IMG/VR virus record: IMGVR_UViG_3300009152_000030
Location: 32,001-96,000 of that record
Source of the DNA: a virus
DNA length: 64,000 nt
Reading direction: 5' to 3' (one strand)
The notes under the pieces: generated by a model
What the model was told of the DNA's origin: nothing
Seen by the model: only the letters and a program-made list of their open reading frames with translations
Databases searched by the model: none
Shown: positions 44,124-54,439 of the stretch, piece after piece
How the letters are laid out: every line of letters begins with the position of its first letter
Position numbering within the stretch: position 1 is the first letter of the stretch
Program-made: the position numbers and the translations under genes

Positions 44124-46848
44124 GAGACTATTACAAGAAGGTATTGTTCAGGACTATTTTGTTAATAGTGTTAAGGGTGATTTTACTCATGAAGTCTGGG
44201 ACAAGAAAAGCCCACACTTTCTTGATTTTAAATACTTTATTAGTGATGGCGTAGCAGAGAACAAGGTTGGTCTAGTAACTCTTACAAAGGTTACTCATGG
44301 GATGAGGCCCACTCAAAATAATCTTATCTATATGCCGTCTGATCTTAAAGACGCAATCCCTACACTTACTAACCCATACAACATTCCTATTAAGCCTATG
44401 CATAAGGAAGTTGCAGTTGTTGATGGTAAGAAAATTGAAAATAGAGAGGTAGGTGCAGTTGGCCGTGCAATTGGTGGAACTTGGGTAGACAACCCTAAGG
44501 CTGCTTATAATGTTAGCTCTACAATGATCAAGGATGGCCTTATGCTTAAGGCTCCTGACGTTGCTATGGCTCCCTATATGAAGAAGTTTGCTAAGTCTGG
44601 AATGATGACTGATGAGGATTTTGAAGGCCTTGGATGGGTACTCGTCAAGGGACTTGTTACGGATCCAGAGGCTGTAGAGAAAACTCTTGATGGGCGCTAT
44701 CTTACAGTTAGCGTTGAAATGACTCCTAATGATCTTTATGATTCTATTAGCGGCAGATCATACAAGACTGACGAAATGGAATGGGATATTGGTGATGACA
44801 TTGATGGCGTTAAAGCTTATGGTGTACCAAGTGGTCTTCGTTACCGTGGCTATGCTTACGTTACACATCCTGCCGACGTTCATGCCAGAGTAATGAATTA
44901 TAAAGAGGTTGGAGGCGATGCTCTTCAGCAATATCTAGATAACTTCAAGACTACTATGGTAATGACTGATTGTTTCAAGAATGCTGTTACTGATATTAGT
45001 GACTCAGAGATTATGGCAAGCTTTGACAATGGTCCAGTTGCAACAATACCAGTTGAAATTGTAGAAGATCATGCTGATCTTTATACTCAACTTTCAGAAG
45101 AAGAAAAAGCTTTGGCTGATTCTTTGATGACTCTTGCTAGTAAAGTCGGACCTCTTGATAAAGCTCCTGGTATTTGGGTTGGCTATGAAAGTGGCCCAGA
45201 GAATGAAAATCTTAGCATTGGTGTTAAGTGCGGAAACTGTGCGCTTCATGCCAGCGAGAATCGTTGTAAAATTATTTCCCAAACCATAGAGCCAAATGGC
45301 TACTGCAGATTTGCTGTTATTCCAGACGGACTTGTAACAGCAAACAAGATAGAACCTATGGAAGACCAAGCCAACCTAACTAATCAAGAGGAGCAAGAAA
45401 TGCCCAGCGTACTATCAGAAGACAATAAGAAGGAAATCCTTTCAATTGTTGACGAATACATTAAGTTAAAGTCTGTTGTTCCTGTAGAAGTAATTTCAGA
45501 ACTTGAAGAGCTACGCTCTGGTAAAGCTATTGCAGATGAAAAGCTTGCTAAAGTTGAACTTGATACTAAGTCACTACTAGACTCTGTTAAAGAGTTTCTT
45601 GCTAGTAACTTCAATGTAGAACTAGCCGATGATATGTCAGCTGAGATGTTTTCTGAGATGGTCAAAACAATCACTATTGATGATGCCGTCTGGACAACTG
45701 CTTACGTTAACAATCTTCCAGATAGTTCATTCTTCTATATCACTCCAGGTGGCGAGAAAGATGAAGAGGGCAAGACTAAGCCTCGTTCACTTCGCCATCT
45801 TCCATACAAGGGAGACGATGGTAAGGTTGATCTTCCTCATCTTCGTAATGCAATTGCTAGAGCACCTCAGGTTAGTGGTCTTGCACCTGAGAAGGTTAAG
45901 TCAATCCAGTCTCGTGCCCAGAAGATGCTTGCACGTATGCAAGATGCTGGCAAGTCCAAGATGGATGAGAGTGAATTTGGTGAAGATATTCAAGATTTAT
46001 TTGGTCCAGAAATGGATGATGAGGCTCAGGGTTTTGTGCCTACACCTGGTATGGCGTCAGCTGCAAAACGTGCTCTTGAGTGGCGTGCAGAGTTTAAGCG
46101 CGGTGGTACTGGCGTAGGCGTAGCGCGTGCACGAGATATTATCAATAAGAAAGAGCTTTCTCCTTCTACTGTTATGCGTATGAAGAGTTTCTTTGCACGT
46201 CATGAAGTTGACAAGAAAGCTTCTGGCTTCAATCAAGGCGAAGAAGGTTTTCCTTCTCCTGGTCGTATTGCTTGGGATCTTTGGGGAGGCGATGGTGGCA
46301 AGAGCTGGGCAAATGCTAAAGCTGCTCAAGTTGAACGTATGAGAGCTGAAGATTCCGTAAAGGGTCCTTGGGTTATGGGCGACTTTGTTTACAATGAGCC
46401 CGCTACTGAGTCTACAATTGAAACTGCAGTTGAAGATGCGTATACTCCAGAAAAGACTTATACAACTCCATCTACTCCCACATTTGCAGTTGGTGATTTT
46501 GTTGCCTATCGTCTTGATAGCAAGGGTAATGAAGTTGGTATTAGTTCAGGTTCACTTGGTGAACAGGATGACGCAGTTGAAATGAAAGAAGGATATGGAG
46601 TGATTGATGCTATGCATAGCAAAGGAACTGTTACTCATGGTCCTGGTCTAAGTGTAGATGCATCAGAGGAAGATCCTGCTACTATTCTTACTATTGCTAA
46701 GATGGGTGAAGATGGCTTGTATGACAAGACTGAGGAAGTAACTGTCAAGAAGAGGTCTGAGCTAAGAAAGATTATGGCTCCTATTGTGTGGAGTAAGAAA
46801 GAGACTCCTCCGCTTGGCGCTTATCCTGCTCCTGGTATAGGTGGCTAA
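44110..46848 (+). CDS. Multidomain prohead protease/scaffold
   Basis: Position between portal and capsid; H...VGR, LDGRYLTVSVE, YVTHPAD protease-like motifs; appended modules. Confidence 0.7.
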   Translation: MKISKRLLQEGIVQDYFVNSVKGDFTHEVWDKKSPHFLDFKYFISDGVAENKVGLVTLTKVTHGMRPTQNNLIYMPSDLKDAIPTLTNPYNIPIKPMHKEVAVVDGKKIENREVGAVGRAIGGTWVDNPKAAYNVSSTMIKDGLMLKAPDVAMAPYMKKFAKSGMMTDEDFEGLGWVLVKGLVTDPEAVEKTLDGRYLTVSVEMTPNDLYDSISGRSYKTDEMEWDIGDDIDGVKAYGVPSGLRYRGYAYVTHPADVHARVMNYKEVGGDALQQYLDNFKTTMVMTDCFKNAVTDISDSEIMASFDNGPVATIPVEIVEDHADLYTQLSEEEKALADSLMTLASKVGPLDKAPGIWVGYESGPENENLSIGVKCGNCALHASENRCKIISQTIEPNGYCRFAVIPDGLVTANKIEPMEDQANLTNQEEQEMPSVLSEDNKKEILSIVDEYIKLKSVVPVEVISELEELRSGKAIADEKLAKVELDTKSLLDSVKEFLASNFNVELADDMSAEMFSEMVKTITIDDAVWTTAYVNNLPDSSFFYITPGGEKDEEGKTKPRSLRHLPYKGDDGKVDLPHLRNAIARAPQVSGLAPEKVKSIQSRAQKMLARMQDAGKSKMDESEFGEDIQDLFGPEMDDEAQGFVPTPGMASAAKRALEWRAEFKRGGTGVGVARARDIINKKELSPSTVMRMKSFFARHEVDKKASGFNQGEEGFPSPGRIAWDLWGGDGGKSWANAKAAQVERMRAEDSVKGPWVMGDFVYNEPATESTIETAVEDAYTPEKTYTTPSTPTFAVGDFVAYRLDSKGNEVGISSGSLGEQDDAVEMKEGYGVIDAMHSKGTVTHGPGLSVDASEEDPATILTIAKMGEDGLYDKTEEVTVKKRSELRKIMAPIVWSKKETPPLGAYPAPGIGG

Positions 46849-46915
46849 AGTATAGAAATTATGCTAGAATCACTATGTAATTATTAATTTAACTTAATCC
46901 TTTTGGAGGAATAAT

Positions 46916-47728
46916 ATGGAAACTGAAATGACACCTGGCGCTAGCCAAGTAGCTGATGCCCTTGAAGATCTACTTTGTAACGTAGTAGTTTTCTACTTCT
47001 CTGCTCATCGTGCACACTGGAATGTAGCTGGTCCTGACTTTACTGAATATCATCAACTTTTTGGAGCTATCTATGATGACGTTTTTGAGTCAATAGATGA
47101 TCTTGCTGAGAACATTCGTAAGCTTGGTGAGTTTCCTCCTGCTCTTGGTCATATAGTAGAGACGGCATCATTTAAAGATGATTCTACGACTACCGAAGCA
47201 AAAGAACTTGCTCTCGACATTTATAAAAAGAATGTTACTATGATTGCAATGCTTAAGGCTGCTTTTGATGCTTGTAATGCTGCAAACGAACAAGGCGTTG
47301 CTAATTTTGTTGCTGAGCGTATTGATATGCATCAGAAGTGGCAATGGCAACTTGGTTCTTCTTTGCAGACTGCTGGTATGCAAATTCCAGTTGAAGATCC
47401 TGCGCAAGAAGTTACAGAAGAGATGAGTGGTCCTATGGATTCTGCAGAAGAAGCAACAACTGAGATTACAGATAGTTCAGAGTCAGAAGAGATTCTTATT
47501 GAGGATTCTGCTGAGCCTAAAGAGCTGGGTAAGAAGCTTGATGTGAATACCATTGAAGACGCAATAGATACTACAGAGGAATACTACACATCTGTAGAGC
47601 GCAGAGTGGCTAGTAAATACAAAGAATTACGAAATCATGATATAAATAAAGCTGAGAACTATCTTGTTCAACAAGTGCGTTCTGGCTTTGTTTCAGGAAA
47701 GTTTAACCCACTAGATGTGAAAGTCTAA
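46916..47728 (+). CDS. dps: Dps-family ferritin-like protein with acidic C-terminal extension
   Basis: HWNVAGPDFTEYHQLFGAIYD, IDDLAENIRKLG, HQKWQWQL. Confidence 0.88.
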   Translation: METEMTPGASQVADALEDLLCNVVVFYFSAHRAHWNVAGPDFTEYHQLFGAIYDDVFESIDDLAENIRKLGEFPPALGHIVETASFKDDSTTTEAKELALDIYKKNVTMIAMLKAAFDACNAANEQGVANFVAERIDMHQKWQWQLGSSLQTAGMQIPVEDPAQEVTEEMSGPMDSAEEATTEITDSSESEEILIEDSAEPKELGKKLDVNTIEDAIDTTEEYYTSVERRVASKYKELRNHDINKAENYLVQQVRSGFVSGKFNPLDVKV

Positions 47729-47749
47729 CCCAAATTATAGGAGAAAATT

Positions 47750-49282
47750 ATGGCAACATACAGAAAGTTTAGAGATATCGATTACGGTAAGCCGATTATT
47801 GCCCCTACGCACGGCGACACAGTTGCCCCTCAGAATGACCTTGCCGCTGCGGCTTGGCTTCCTGTCAATGGCAGCGATGCAAACACAGCAATGGGATTCC
47901 ATTCATATGACTACCAACGTCACGTCTTTACCGACAAGATTGTTATTATGCCCGGCAAGCTTGTTGCTCTTACTCGTGAGTCACTTACAGATAGCGGCGC
48001 TGGCCTTGCTGAAATCAATAAGGGTAGTGTTGGCCGTCTAGTCCCCGCTGGTGTTCGTCTTGCCTGGAAGGCTGCGGCTGACACTGTGGATGTTGTCCTT
48101 GAGTATACTGCAGCTGACGTTGCTGAACGCATTGAAGATCTTGGCACTGGTCTACCAGTTGAAGGCGCGAAGACCTATACCAAGCTAGTCCTTGCTGAAA
48201 AGCTTCGTGAGCGTGGTTTACTTACCCCATCAGAGACACTTGATGCCTTTATCTCTCGTCCAATTGGTGTAGCTGCTAACGTGGTTTACGCTTGGGCCGG
48301 TGGTGATGGTACGCAGCCTAAGGGCCTTCGTTTCATGAATTATCGTCGTGAGAACAAGTCAACGTTCTGGACTGGTCAGGACCACACTCTTCGTCTTCCA
48401 GTTGCGCCAGCTAAGTCCTATGACATAGTCAATCTTACCATTGATGGTGATCCTTATGATGCTAGCGCCTCATGGGATGCAACTAAGAAGCTTGTTGTTT
48501 GCGGTGCAGGCAATACTGTTGGTGCTGCATCGGCAACAACAATTGCTCATTTCTACCATGCTACAGATGTTGCTAAAAAGGCTACTTATGCTCAATTAAC
48601 AACTGCCTTTGACAGCCGTTATGCTGCTCTTGCAACAAGCGCAACAGGTCTTGTCATTGCACTTGGTCATCAAGGTGTTGAGTCTAATATTTACAATACT
48701 ATTGAAGTTTGGACTGCTACTTACTCAGGCGGTGACACACTAGTCAAGGGTACAAGCATTACTTCAACTTGGCTAAAGTCCGAGAAGACAAGCCCTGCTG
48801 GTGTTAAAGCTGTAGGCGATTATTTTGTGGATCGTGATCTTGGCCTTCTTTTTGTAGAGGCTAGTTTCCCAGCCACTGGTAATACGGCTATTGGTTTCCG
48901 TCTTGCTGCTGATACCGAAGCATATACAGGTAATGTTTTTGCTGCTGTTGGTAAGGCTGTCAAGCCTGGCGACTATCTTGCTTATGACAGATTTTCAAAC
49001 TTTGTTCCTTACATTGCTCGTCCTGACGAGACCGATAATAATAACGGTGGGTCAGTAGACACTGTTGCTACGGCATTCCATCGTCCAGAGGACATTGTTG
49101 GTAAGTGCTATACTCTTGATCGTTCACCTAAGGCTGATCTTGCTACCGTCAAGACTTTCCATGATTATGAAGGCGTGTCACTCGCTGATCGTACTCCTGG
49201 TTCGGCTAATGACGGTCATCCTGCAGAAATTCATCAATCACTTGGTGGTCAGTTCGCTGCCATCGTGCGCGTCCTACTCTAA
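47750..49282 (+). CDS. Virion structural protein (probable capsid decoration/cement)
   Basis: Directly upstream of MCP, high-expression codon usage, MPGKLVAL and RPIGVA motifs. Confidence 0.6.
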   Translation: MATYRKFRDIDYGKPIIAPTHGDTVAPQNDLAAAAWLPVNGSDANTAMGFHSYDYQRHVFTDKIVIMPGKLVALTRESLTDSGAGLAEINKGSVGRLVPAGVRLAWKAAADTVDVVLEYTAADVAERIEDLGTGLPVEGAKTYTKLVLAEKLRERGLLTPSETLDAFISRPIGVAANVVYAWAGGDGTQPKGLRFMNYRRENKSTFWTGQDHTLRLPVAPAKSYDIVNLTIDGDPYDASASWDATKKLVVCGAGNTVGAASATTIAHFYHATDVAKKATYAQLTTAFDSRYAALATSATGLVIALGHQGVESNIYNTIEVWTATYSGGDTLVKGTSITSTWLKSEKTSPAGVKAVGDYFVDRDLGLLFVEASFPATGNTAIGFRLAADTEAYTGNVFAAVGKAVKPGDYLAYDRFSNFVPYIARPDETDNNNGGSVDTVATAFHRPEDIVGKCYTLDRSPKADLATVKTFHDYEGVSLADRTPGSANDGHPAEIHQSLGGQFAAIVRVLL

Positions 49283-49316
49283 TTAAAATCATAATCTCAA
49301 TAAGGAGAACCGAAAA

Positions 49317-50600
49317 ATGTCAAGACTAAAGCACAAGAACCTAGAAATTGCTGATCAGAGTGAGCTTACAGCGCTCATCAAGAACAACGGTTGGCTTCCT
49401 GGCTCAGACCACTCCAGCGACTCACGTCTTTCAATTGAAGACGCGATTACGTCAGCTGAGCTTGGGCCCTGGGTCAAGCACTCAATTGTTGAGATTATGA
49501 TGGAGCCAATGGAGCCCATGATGAACCTTACCCCACTCCTTGATACCATTCCTGCGCCGGATGGTATTACTGAGTTCCGCCTTCCTGCCCTTTCAGCTTT
49601 CACTGTCCATAAGGTCACTGAGCTTGAAGGTTACCGTGAAGAGCGTGTGACAACTGGCGGTGGTATGGCTACGGCCGCCATCGACAAGTGGGGTGTTATG
49701 ATCTCCCTTACGCAAGAGGCTATCAAGGCTTCCAACTGGAATCTCCTTGGTTATCTTGCCCGTGAGGCTGGTCGTGCTTTCGCTCGCCGCAAGGAGACCG
49801 AAATCGCTAAGCATATCACGAATATCAGCGTTCCTGCGTTTGACAATCTTAATCCTACTCAGTCAGCTCTTGGTATCACGACTGGTCGTGACATCACGAT
49901 GAAGACCAATGGTACTCTTACCATGGATGACCTCTTCAACGCTTATCATCTTCTCATTCAGAGAGGCTTTACCCCTGATACGCTTATCTGCCATCCTCTT
50001 ACGTACCTTATGTTTGTCCGCGACCCCGTCCTTCGTGCATTTGCAATGCAGAGCGGCAGCGGCAATCTCTTTGGCAACTATTCGGGTTCAGCCGCTAACG
50101 TTACCGGTGTTCCTGACGCCGTTAAGGGTGTTCTTTCAAAGGGTTACTCACGCGGTCAGCTTGGTACTGGTGCCGATGGCTCCAAGGCCTCGCTTAAGGA
50201 CTTCAACGTTAATGCCATTACAGCTGCTCCTAACCTTCCTCTTGGTCTTCCGTTTGGCCTTCGCATCGTGACCTCACGCTTCATGCCTTACGATCCTGCT
50301 ACTAAGCTTACCGATATTGTTCTTTGCGATAGCAAGTCACTTGGTGCTCTAATCGTTGGTTCAGGCATTGTTGCTGACGAGTGGGAGGACAAGTACTTTG
50401 AGACCTTCAAGATGAAGTGGTCAGAGAAGTGGGGTATCTTTATGTATAACGAAGGCCAGGGTCTAGTTACGCTTAAGAATATCTTCTGCGACCAGAACTT
50501 CTACTCGCCTGAAATTGCACGTCCTTACTACAATGTTACTGACGGTAGTTTTGATCCTGCTGGCACTGACGTTGATGGTGGCTCTAACTTCCCTGGTTAA
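49317..50600 (+). CDS. Major capsid protein (HK97 fold)
   Basis: KWGVMISLTQEAI..SNWNLL...AGRAFARRKE, FTPDTLICHP; strongest codon bias; terminator follows. Confidence 0.9.
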   Translation: MSRLKHKNLEIADQSELTALIKNNGWLPGSDHSSDSRLSIEDAITSAELGPWVKHSIVEIMMEPMEPMMNLTPLLDTIPAPDGITEFRLPALSAFTVHKVTELEGYREERVTTGGGMATAAIDKWGVMISLTQEAIKASNWNLLGYLAREAGRAFARRKETEIAKHITNISVPAFDNLNPTQSALGITTGRDITMKTNGTLTMDDLFNAYHLLIQRGFTPDTLICHPLTYLMFVRDPVLRAFAMQSGSGNLFGNYSGSAANVTGVPDAVKGVLSKGYSRGQLGTGADGSKASLKDFNVNAITAAPNLPLGLPFGLRIVTSRFMPYDPATKLTDIVLCDSKSLGALIVGSGIVADEWEDKYFETFKMKWSEKWGIFMYNEGQGLVTLKNIFCDQNFYSPEIARPYYNVTDGSFDPAGTDVDGGSNFPG

Positions 50601-50620
50601 TAACTAGGTAAGTAATAAAT

Positions 50621-50656
50621 AGCCCTCAGGTCGAAAGGCCTGGGGGCTTTCTTTTT
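50621..50656 (+). terminator. Intrinsic terminator after MCP
   Basis: AGCCCTCAGGTC-GAAA-GGCCTGGGGGCT-TTCTTTTT. Confidence 0.85.
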
Positions 50657-50698
50657 GTTATAATGTCGGTATCTAGATATTAGTTACTAGGAGTAGAC

Positions 50699-50917
50699 AT
50701 GAGTGTAGAAGATAGAATTGCAAAAGCTTTAGCCAATATTACTTCTCAGAAGGAAATGGATGCTTTATTTAAGAGGTTGGCTTTTGAAGAATATCAAGCA
50801 ATCATGGAGAATGAAGATGCTGTTGTTGAGGTTGAGAGTCTTGAGACCCAAGAAATTACTTTAGTTACTGGCTGCGAAGTTGAATGTACTCTTGAATCTT
50901 ACATTGAGGAGTTTTAA
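50699..50917 (+). CDS. Small acidic hypothetical protein
   Basis: AGGAG RBS; upstream TGTTATAAT extended -10-like element. Confidence 0.6.
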   Translation: MSVEDRIAKALANITSQKEMDALFKRLAFEEYQAIMENEDAVVEVESLETQEITLVTGCEVECTLESYIEEF

Positions 50918-50919
50918 CA

Positions 50920-52026
50920 ATGGCTTTTACTATTGCTTCAGTTTGGCCAGATGATGGCTTTAATGTTTTTCCTACAGGGGAAAAGATTGAAATTCTTTTT
51001 AACCAAGAAGTTTCTGAGTTTCTTGCTGAGAATAGTATTAGTTTAGTTGGTCCTGATAATCATATTGTTACTGGTATTGAATTTGAAGAGAGACTTTATA
51101 AGTTCTCAAATGACACAAACTATTCAAAAGTACTTGAGACTCTACATCTTAAAGGTGAAGTTCCAGTCGAGTTAGAGATTGTTAGATGCGACGCTTCCGG
51201 TGCAACTCTTGAAGATCAAATGAGTTATGCATATGATGCGGATGTCAAAAGCAAATTAATTGTTAGACCTAAGTCATTCCTACAAGAGAAGACAGACTAC
51301 CGTTTATTAATCAGTGGTTCATCTACCCCTGATAATGAATGGAGTTATATTGGATCTCGAACTGTATTTGATGCAGAAAAAGATTTATTAACTTCGACTG
51401 GAGAAGGAATACTTAGAACTAGTGGGTATTACACCGGTGAAGCAGATGATGTTCTTGTTGTTGAAGTTACCAAAGCAGGAAGTTCTTCAACCTGTAAGTT
51501 AAATTGGTATTTTGAAAGCACCTCACTTGTGACCCATGATCTGCTACCCTTGACTGGGCGCAATAAGATTGCAAAGGATAAAGATATCTATTTAGAGTTA
51601 ATTGGTGGGGCATCTGACGCATTTAAAATAGGTGATGCCTGGACTATCAATTTACGTCCAATAGAATATCTTGCGGATACTTATAAAGTTGACTTCTCAA
51701 CGGCAGTAAATCAAGTTAAAGAATTACCTACTGCAGTCTCACAGAGTCCCATTGGGCTAGACGCTCCAACGCAGGCAGAGATAAACATAGCTGCCACTGA
51801 ATTCCAACTAGTAAAGATTGAGCCTGAGTACGGCTCTAGTAATATATCTTTAAAAACTAAGCAAATCATTCTTACTTTTAATAAAAATGTTGATCCCACC
51901 ACTGTAACGGCAGATACTGTTAAGTTGTTTAGGAATATTATGGATGGCAATCAAGACGCAGTCGATGTTGGCTACTCTTGGATTGTTAATGGCAAAAAAA
52001 TTATCATTAACATAATAAGGGAATAA
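50920..52026 (+). CDS. Ig-like (Big_5-type) domain virion protein
   Basis: SVWPDDG...IEILFNQEV and IEPEYGS...IILTFNKNVDPTTV repeats. Confidence 0.7.
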   Translation: MAFTIASVWPDDGFNVFPTGEKIEILFNQEVSEFLAENSISLVGPDNHIVTGIEFEERLYKFSNDTNYSKVLETLHLKGEVPVELEIVRCDASGATLEDQMSYAYDADVKSKLIVRPKSFLQEKTDYRLLISGSSTPDNEWSYIGSRTVFDAEKDLLTSTGEGILRTSGYYTGEADDVLVVEVTKAGSSSTCKLNWYFESTSLVTHDLLPLTGRNKIAKDKDIYLELIGGASDAFKIGDAWTINLRPIEYLADTYKVDFSTAVNQVKELPTAVSQSPIGLDAPTQAEINIAATEFQLVKIEPEYGSSNISLKTKQIILTFNKNVDPTTVTADTVKLFRNIMDGNQDAVDVGYSWIVNGKKIIINIIRE

Positions 52027-52027
52027 T

Positions 52028-53116
52028 ATGTTAACCGTAAGCCAAGGAGACACAGTAGATATTGTTTGCCAAGTCAGAGATGGTAATGGATACTTAGCTA
52101 ATGGGCTTAGTCCTGTTGTGTCTATTTATCCTTATGGTAGAAAGCCTGGTTTACCTGGGGTAAATCTGGAAGATGATGCAATTGTCTACCAGGACGATCC
52201 TGGCGCGGCAACTAAATATGGTCAGTACACTTATAGTTATTTGACTGCTGATGACGCACAAGTTGGTGAATGGTGGGCTTACTTTGAAGTGAATGTTGGA
52301 ACAGCACTTGTTCCTGTTATGTTTACAAGCCTTATTCCATTTACTGTTGGCTCTAGCGGTGATGACATCAATGCCTATTCACAAGATGAGGGTTTTGATA
52401 CTTTACTTAATAATAATCAATATGTTATTGAGATTAGAGGTATTAAGGAAGTCGGCGCAGCCGTTGACTCTGTCGGTATAGAAGACGAGTCTTGGTTTAC
52501 TAGTAGATATACTCCTATGTATGCAACTTATGATCAGGTAATATCAAGCGTAGGTAGCATTGTAGGCGACGTAGATGCTGATACAGTTAACTATCTTATC
52601 TATAGATATTCAAAGATTGTTGACGCAATGGTCTTTAATATGCCTCGTCAAAATGGAACACAGAAGTGGCTTGATTATGTCAAGATGGAATATGTAATCA
52701 TCAATAGTTCTGTTGATCTTATTGAAAATATTTCACTTGCTTTAGGTGCTCCTCGTGCTAAGCAACTTGGTGATCTTAAAGTTGAGTGGGCCGATAATGC
52801 TACTGCACTAAAAGCAAAAATTGAACAAATGAGAAAGCGTGATGAAGACTTACATAGAATTCTTCACAGCAATGGCAATCTATCTTATGGTGCTAGTCTT
52901 AATGCGGGTATGGCAATCAAAGGATATCTTGGAGCAGACTATCCTGCTTTTGGTAGATCAATTGATAATATGCCTAAGTTTGCACCTAGCGTCAACGTTA
53001 AGACTAGGCTACCTGGATCTTACAGATACTACCCAGACTATGCCTATCAAAACCGTTATCGTTACCGGTACCTCTATAGAAATATAAATGGTAACTATCC
53101 AGATTATGGCAGCTAA
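52028..53116 (+). CDS. Putative head-tail adaptor/neck protein
   Basis: Position; FTSRYTPMY, KQLGDLKVEW motifs. Confidence 0.55.
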   Translation: MLTVSQGDTVDIVCQVRDGNGYLANGLSPVVSIYPYGRKPGLPGVNLEDDAIVYQDDPGAATKYGQYTYSYLTADDAQVGEWWAYFEVNVGTALVPVMFTSLIPFTVGSSGDDINAYSQDEGFDTLLNNNQYVIEIRGIKEVGAAVDSVGIEDESWFTSRYTPMYATYDQVISSVGSIVGDVDADTVNYLIYRYSKIVDAMVFNMPRQNGTQKWLDYVKMEYVIINSSVDLIENISLALGAPRAKQLGDLKVEWADNATALKAKIEQMRKRDEDLHRILHSNGNLSYGASLNAGMAIKGYLGADYPAFGRSIDNMPKFAPSVNVKTRLPGSYRYYPDYAYQNRYRYRYLYRNINGNYPDYGS

Positions 53117-53125
53117 GGAGGACTA

Positions 53126-53674
53126 ATGCCAATAGGAAAAAGTCGTTTTTATCGGTCCAGTTCAGGTCCAAAGACTACACAAAAAGAAGTAGACTTGCGC
53201 AAAGAAACCAAGGATACTTTTACAGGTTCAGTTTATGAAATCCCAAAGGCATTCAAGGTTATGCTTAGGAAGTTTAGGCGCAACGAAAACAAGTATAGAA
53301 TTCCCTGTTCTTGTAATGTAGCAAAAGAAGGACAAGGTCATCAGAAATGCAGTGTCTGCTTAGGGGAGGGATATCTCTGGGATGAGCACTATGTAGATAC
53401 TTTTAAAGTAGATATTGGAAGTGATCAAGAAAAAGCAGGCGCATCTCTTTTAACTGAAATAGGTAGAAGCAAAAAGCAATTCTGCAAGTTTTATGTACAG
53501 AATACAGTTGGAATAGACTACGAAGATAAGATCATAGAACTTGCTTTGGAACCTGATGGTGCCCTTGTTAAACCAGAGCGCCGCAATATTATATGGACAA
53601 TCAATACACTAAATGAGAAGAGATCAGATACTGGTCGAATAGAGTACATAATCTTATACTGCAGGAAATATTAA
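53126..53674 (+). CDS. Putative head-closure/neck protein with Zn finger
   Basis: CSC...CSVCLGEGY, RSDTGRIEY. Confidence 0.55.
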   Translation: MPIGKSRFYRSSSGPKTTQKEVDLRKETKDTFTGSVYEIPKAFKVMLRKFRRNENKYRIPCSCNVAKEGQGHQKCSVCLGEGYLWDEHYVDTFKVDIGSDQEKAGASLLTEIGRSKKQFCKFYVQNTVGIDYEDKIIELALEPDGALVKPERRNIIWTINTLNEKRSDTGRIEYIILYCRKY

Positions 53675-53675
53675 T

Positions 53676-54419
53676 ATGTTAAATCCTTTAACTCCTCAAC
53701 TTCTAAAAGATTTAAATGAAGCTCAGCAAACTACTCTTGTTACTATTATGGAGTCGGAGAATTTAGGCAATGTCCAACTTGAGCCAATGCCTACTAATAT
53801 AATTCTTGAGCCAGGTGGCAAAGCTATAGTTAGACTTCAGAATGAAAGATTTAAGGTAAATACAATTTACGAGGTTATGGAGATTCTTCAGCAGATTATC
53901 AATATGGCTACTTCAACTATGAAGCCAGCTTGGTTAAATAATGATCGTCTTATAATTCAAAGACCAATTATTAACGTTGAAAGTGAAACTCCTAATATTG
54001 TTTTTTTAGTAAGAGACGGAAAACCTGGCGCTGCTGGTAGTGGTCCAGTCAACTCACCTTCTCGAAGAATGGTGACTAGCATACTTCTTGGGAAGTATAT
54101 TGATCCGCAGGATGATACCTCTGAGGTTTACATATATGGTCAAAGATTAGATTACAATATCAATCTTAGTATATACGGGAAAACTGCGCATGAGGCGGAC
54201 CAGATCAAGGAGTGGATTGCAGATATTATAAAGACTTATCTATGGTATGTTAAATACAGTGGAGTCCTAGACTTCACGTTTGTTGAGGATACAGGAGATG
54301 ACACAGAAGCCCTTAGACACAAAAGAACTTTAAAATATGCTGTTTCAATTGAAAAACTTACTTGGACCAGTATTCTTGTCCTCAAACAAATTATTCTACA
54401 GATAACACCCTCAAGTTAA
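53676..54419 (+). CDS. Putative tail terminator/completion protein
   Basis: Immediately upstream of sheath; GQRLDYNINLSIYGKT..EAD. Confidence 0.5.
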   Translation: MLNPLTPQLLKDLNEAQQTTLVTIMESENLGNVQLEPMPTNIILEPGGKAIVRLQNERFKVNTIYEVMEILQQIINMATSTMKPAWLNNDRLIIQRPIINVESETPNIVFLVRDGKPGAAGSGPVNSPSRRMVTSILLGKYIDPQDDTSEVYIYGQRLDYNINLSIYGKTAHEADQIKEWIADIIKTYLWYVKYSGVLDFTFVEDTGDDTEALRHKRTLKYAVSIEKLTWTSILVLKQIILQITPSS

Positions 54420-54439
54420 TTTAATTCAAAGGAGAAAAT

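Noticed and set aside
46849-46915. Shared late-promoter motif (AAGTATA-like words here and at ~23580, ~59160)
   Set aside because: Too short and AT-rich to distinguish from chance without motif statistics
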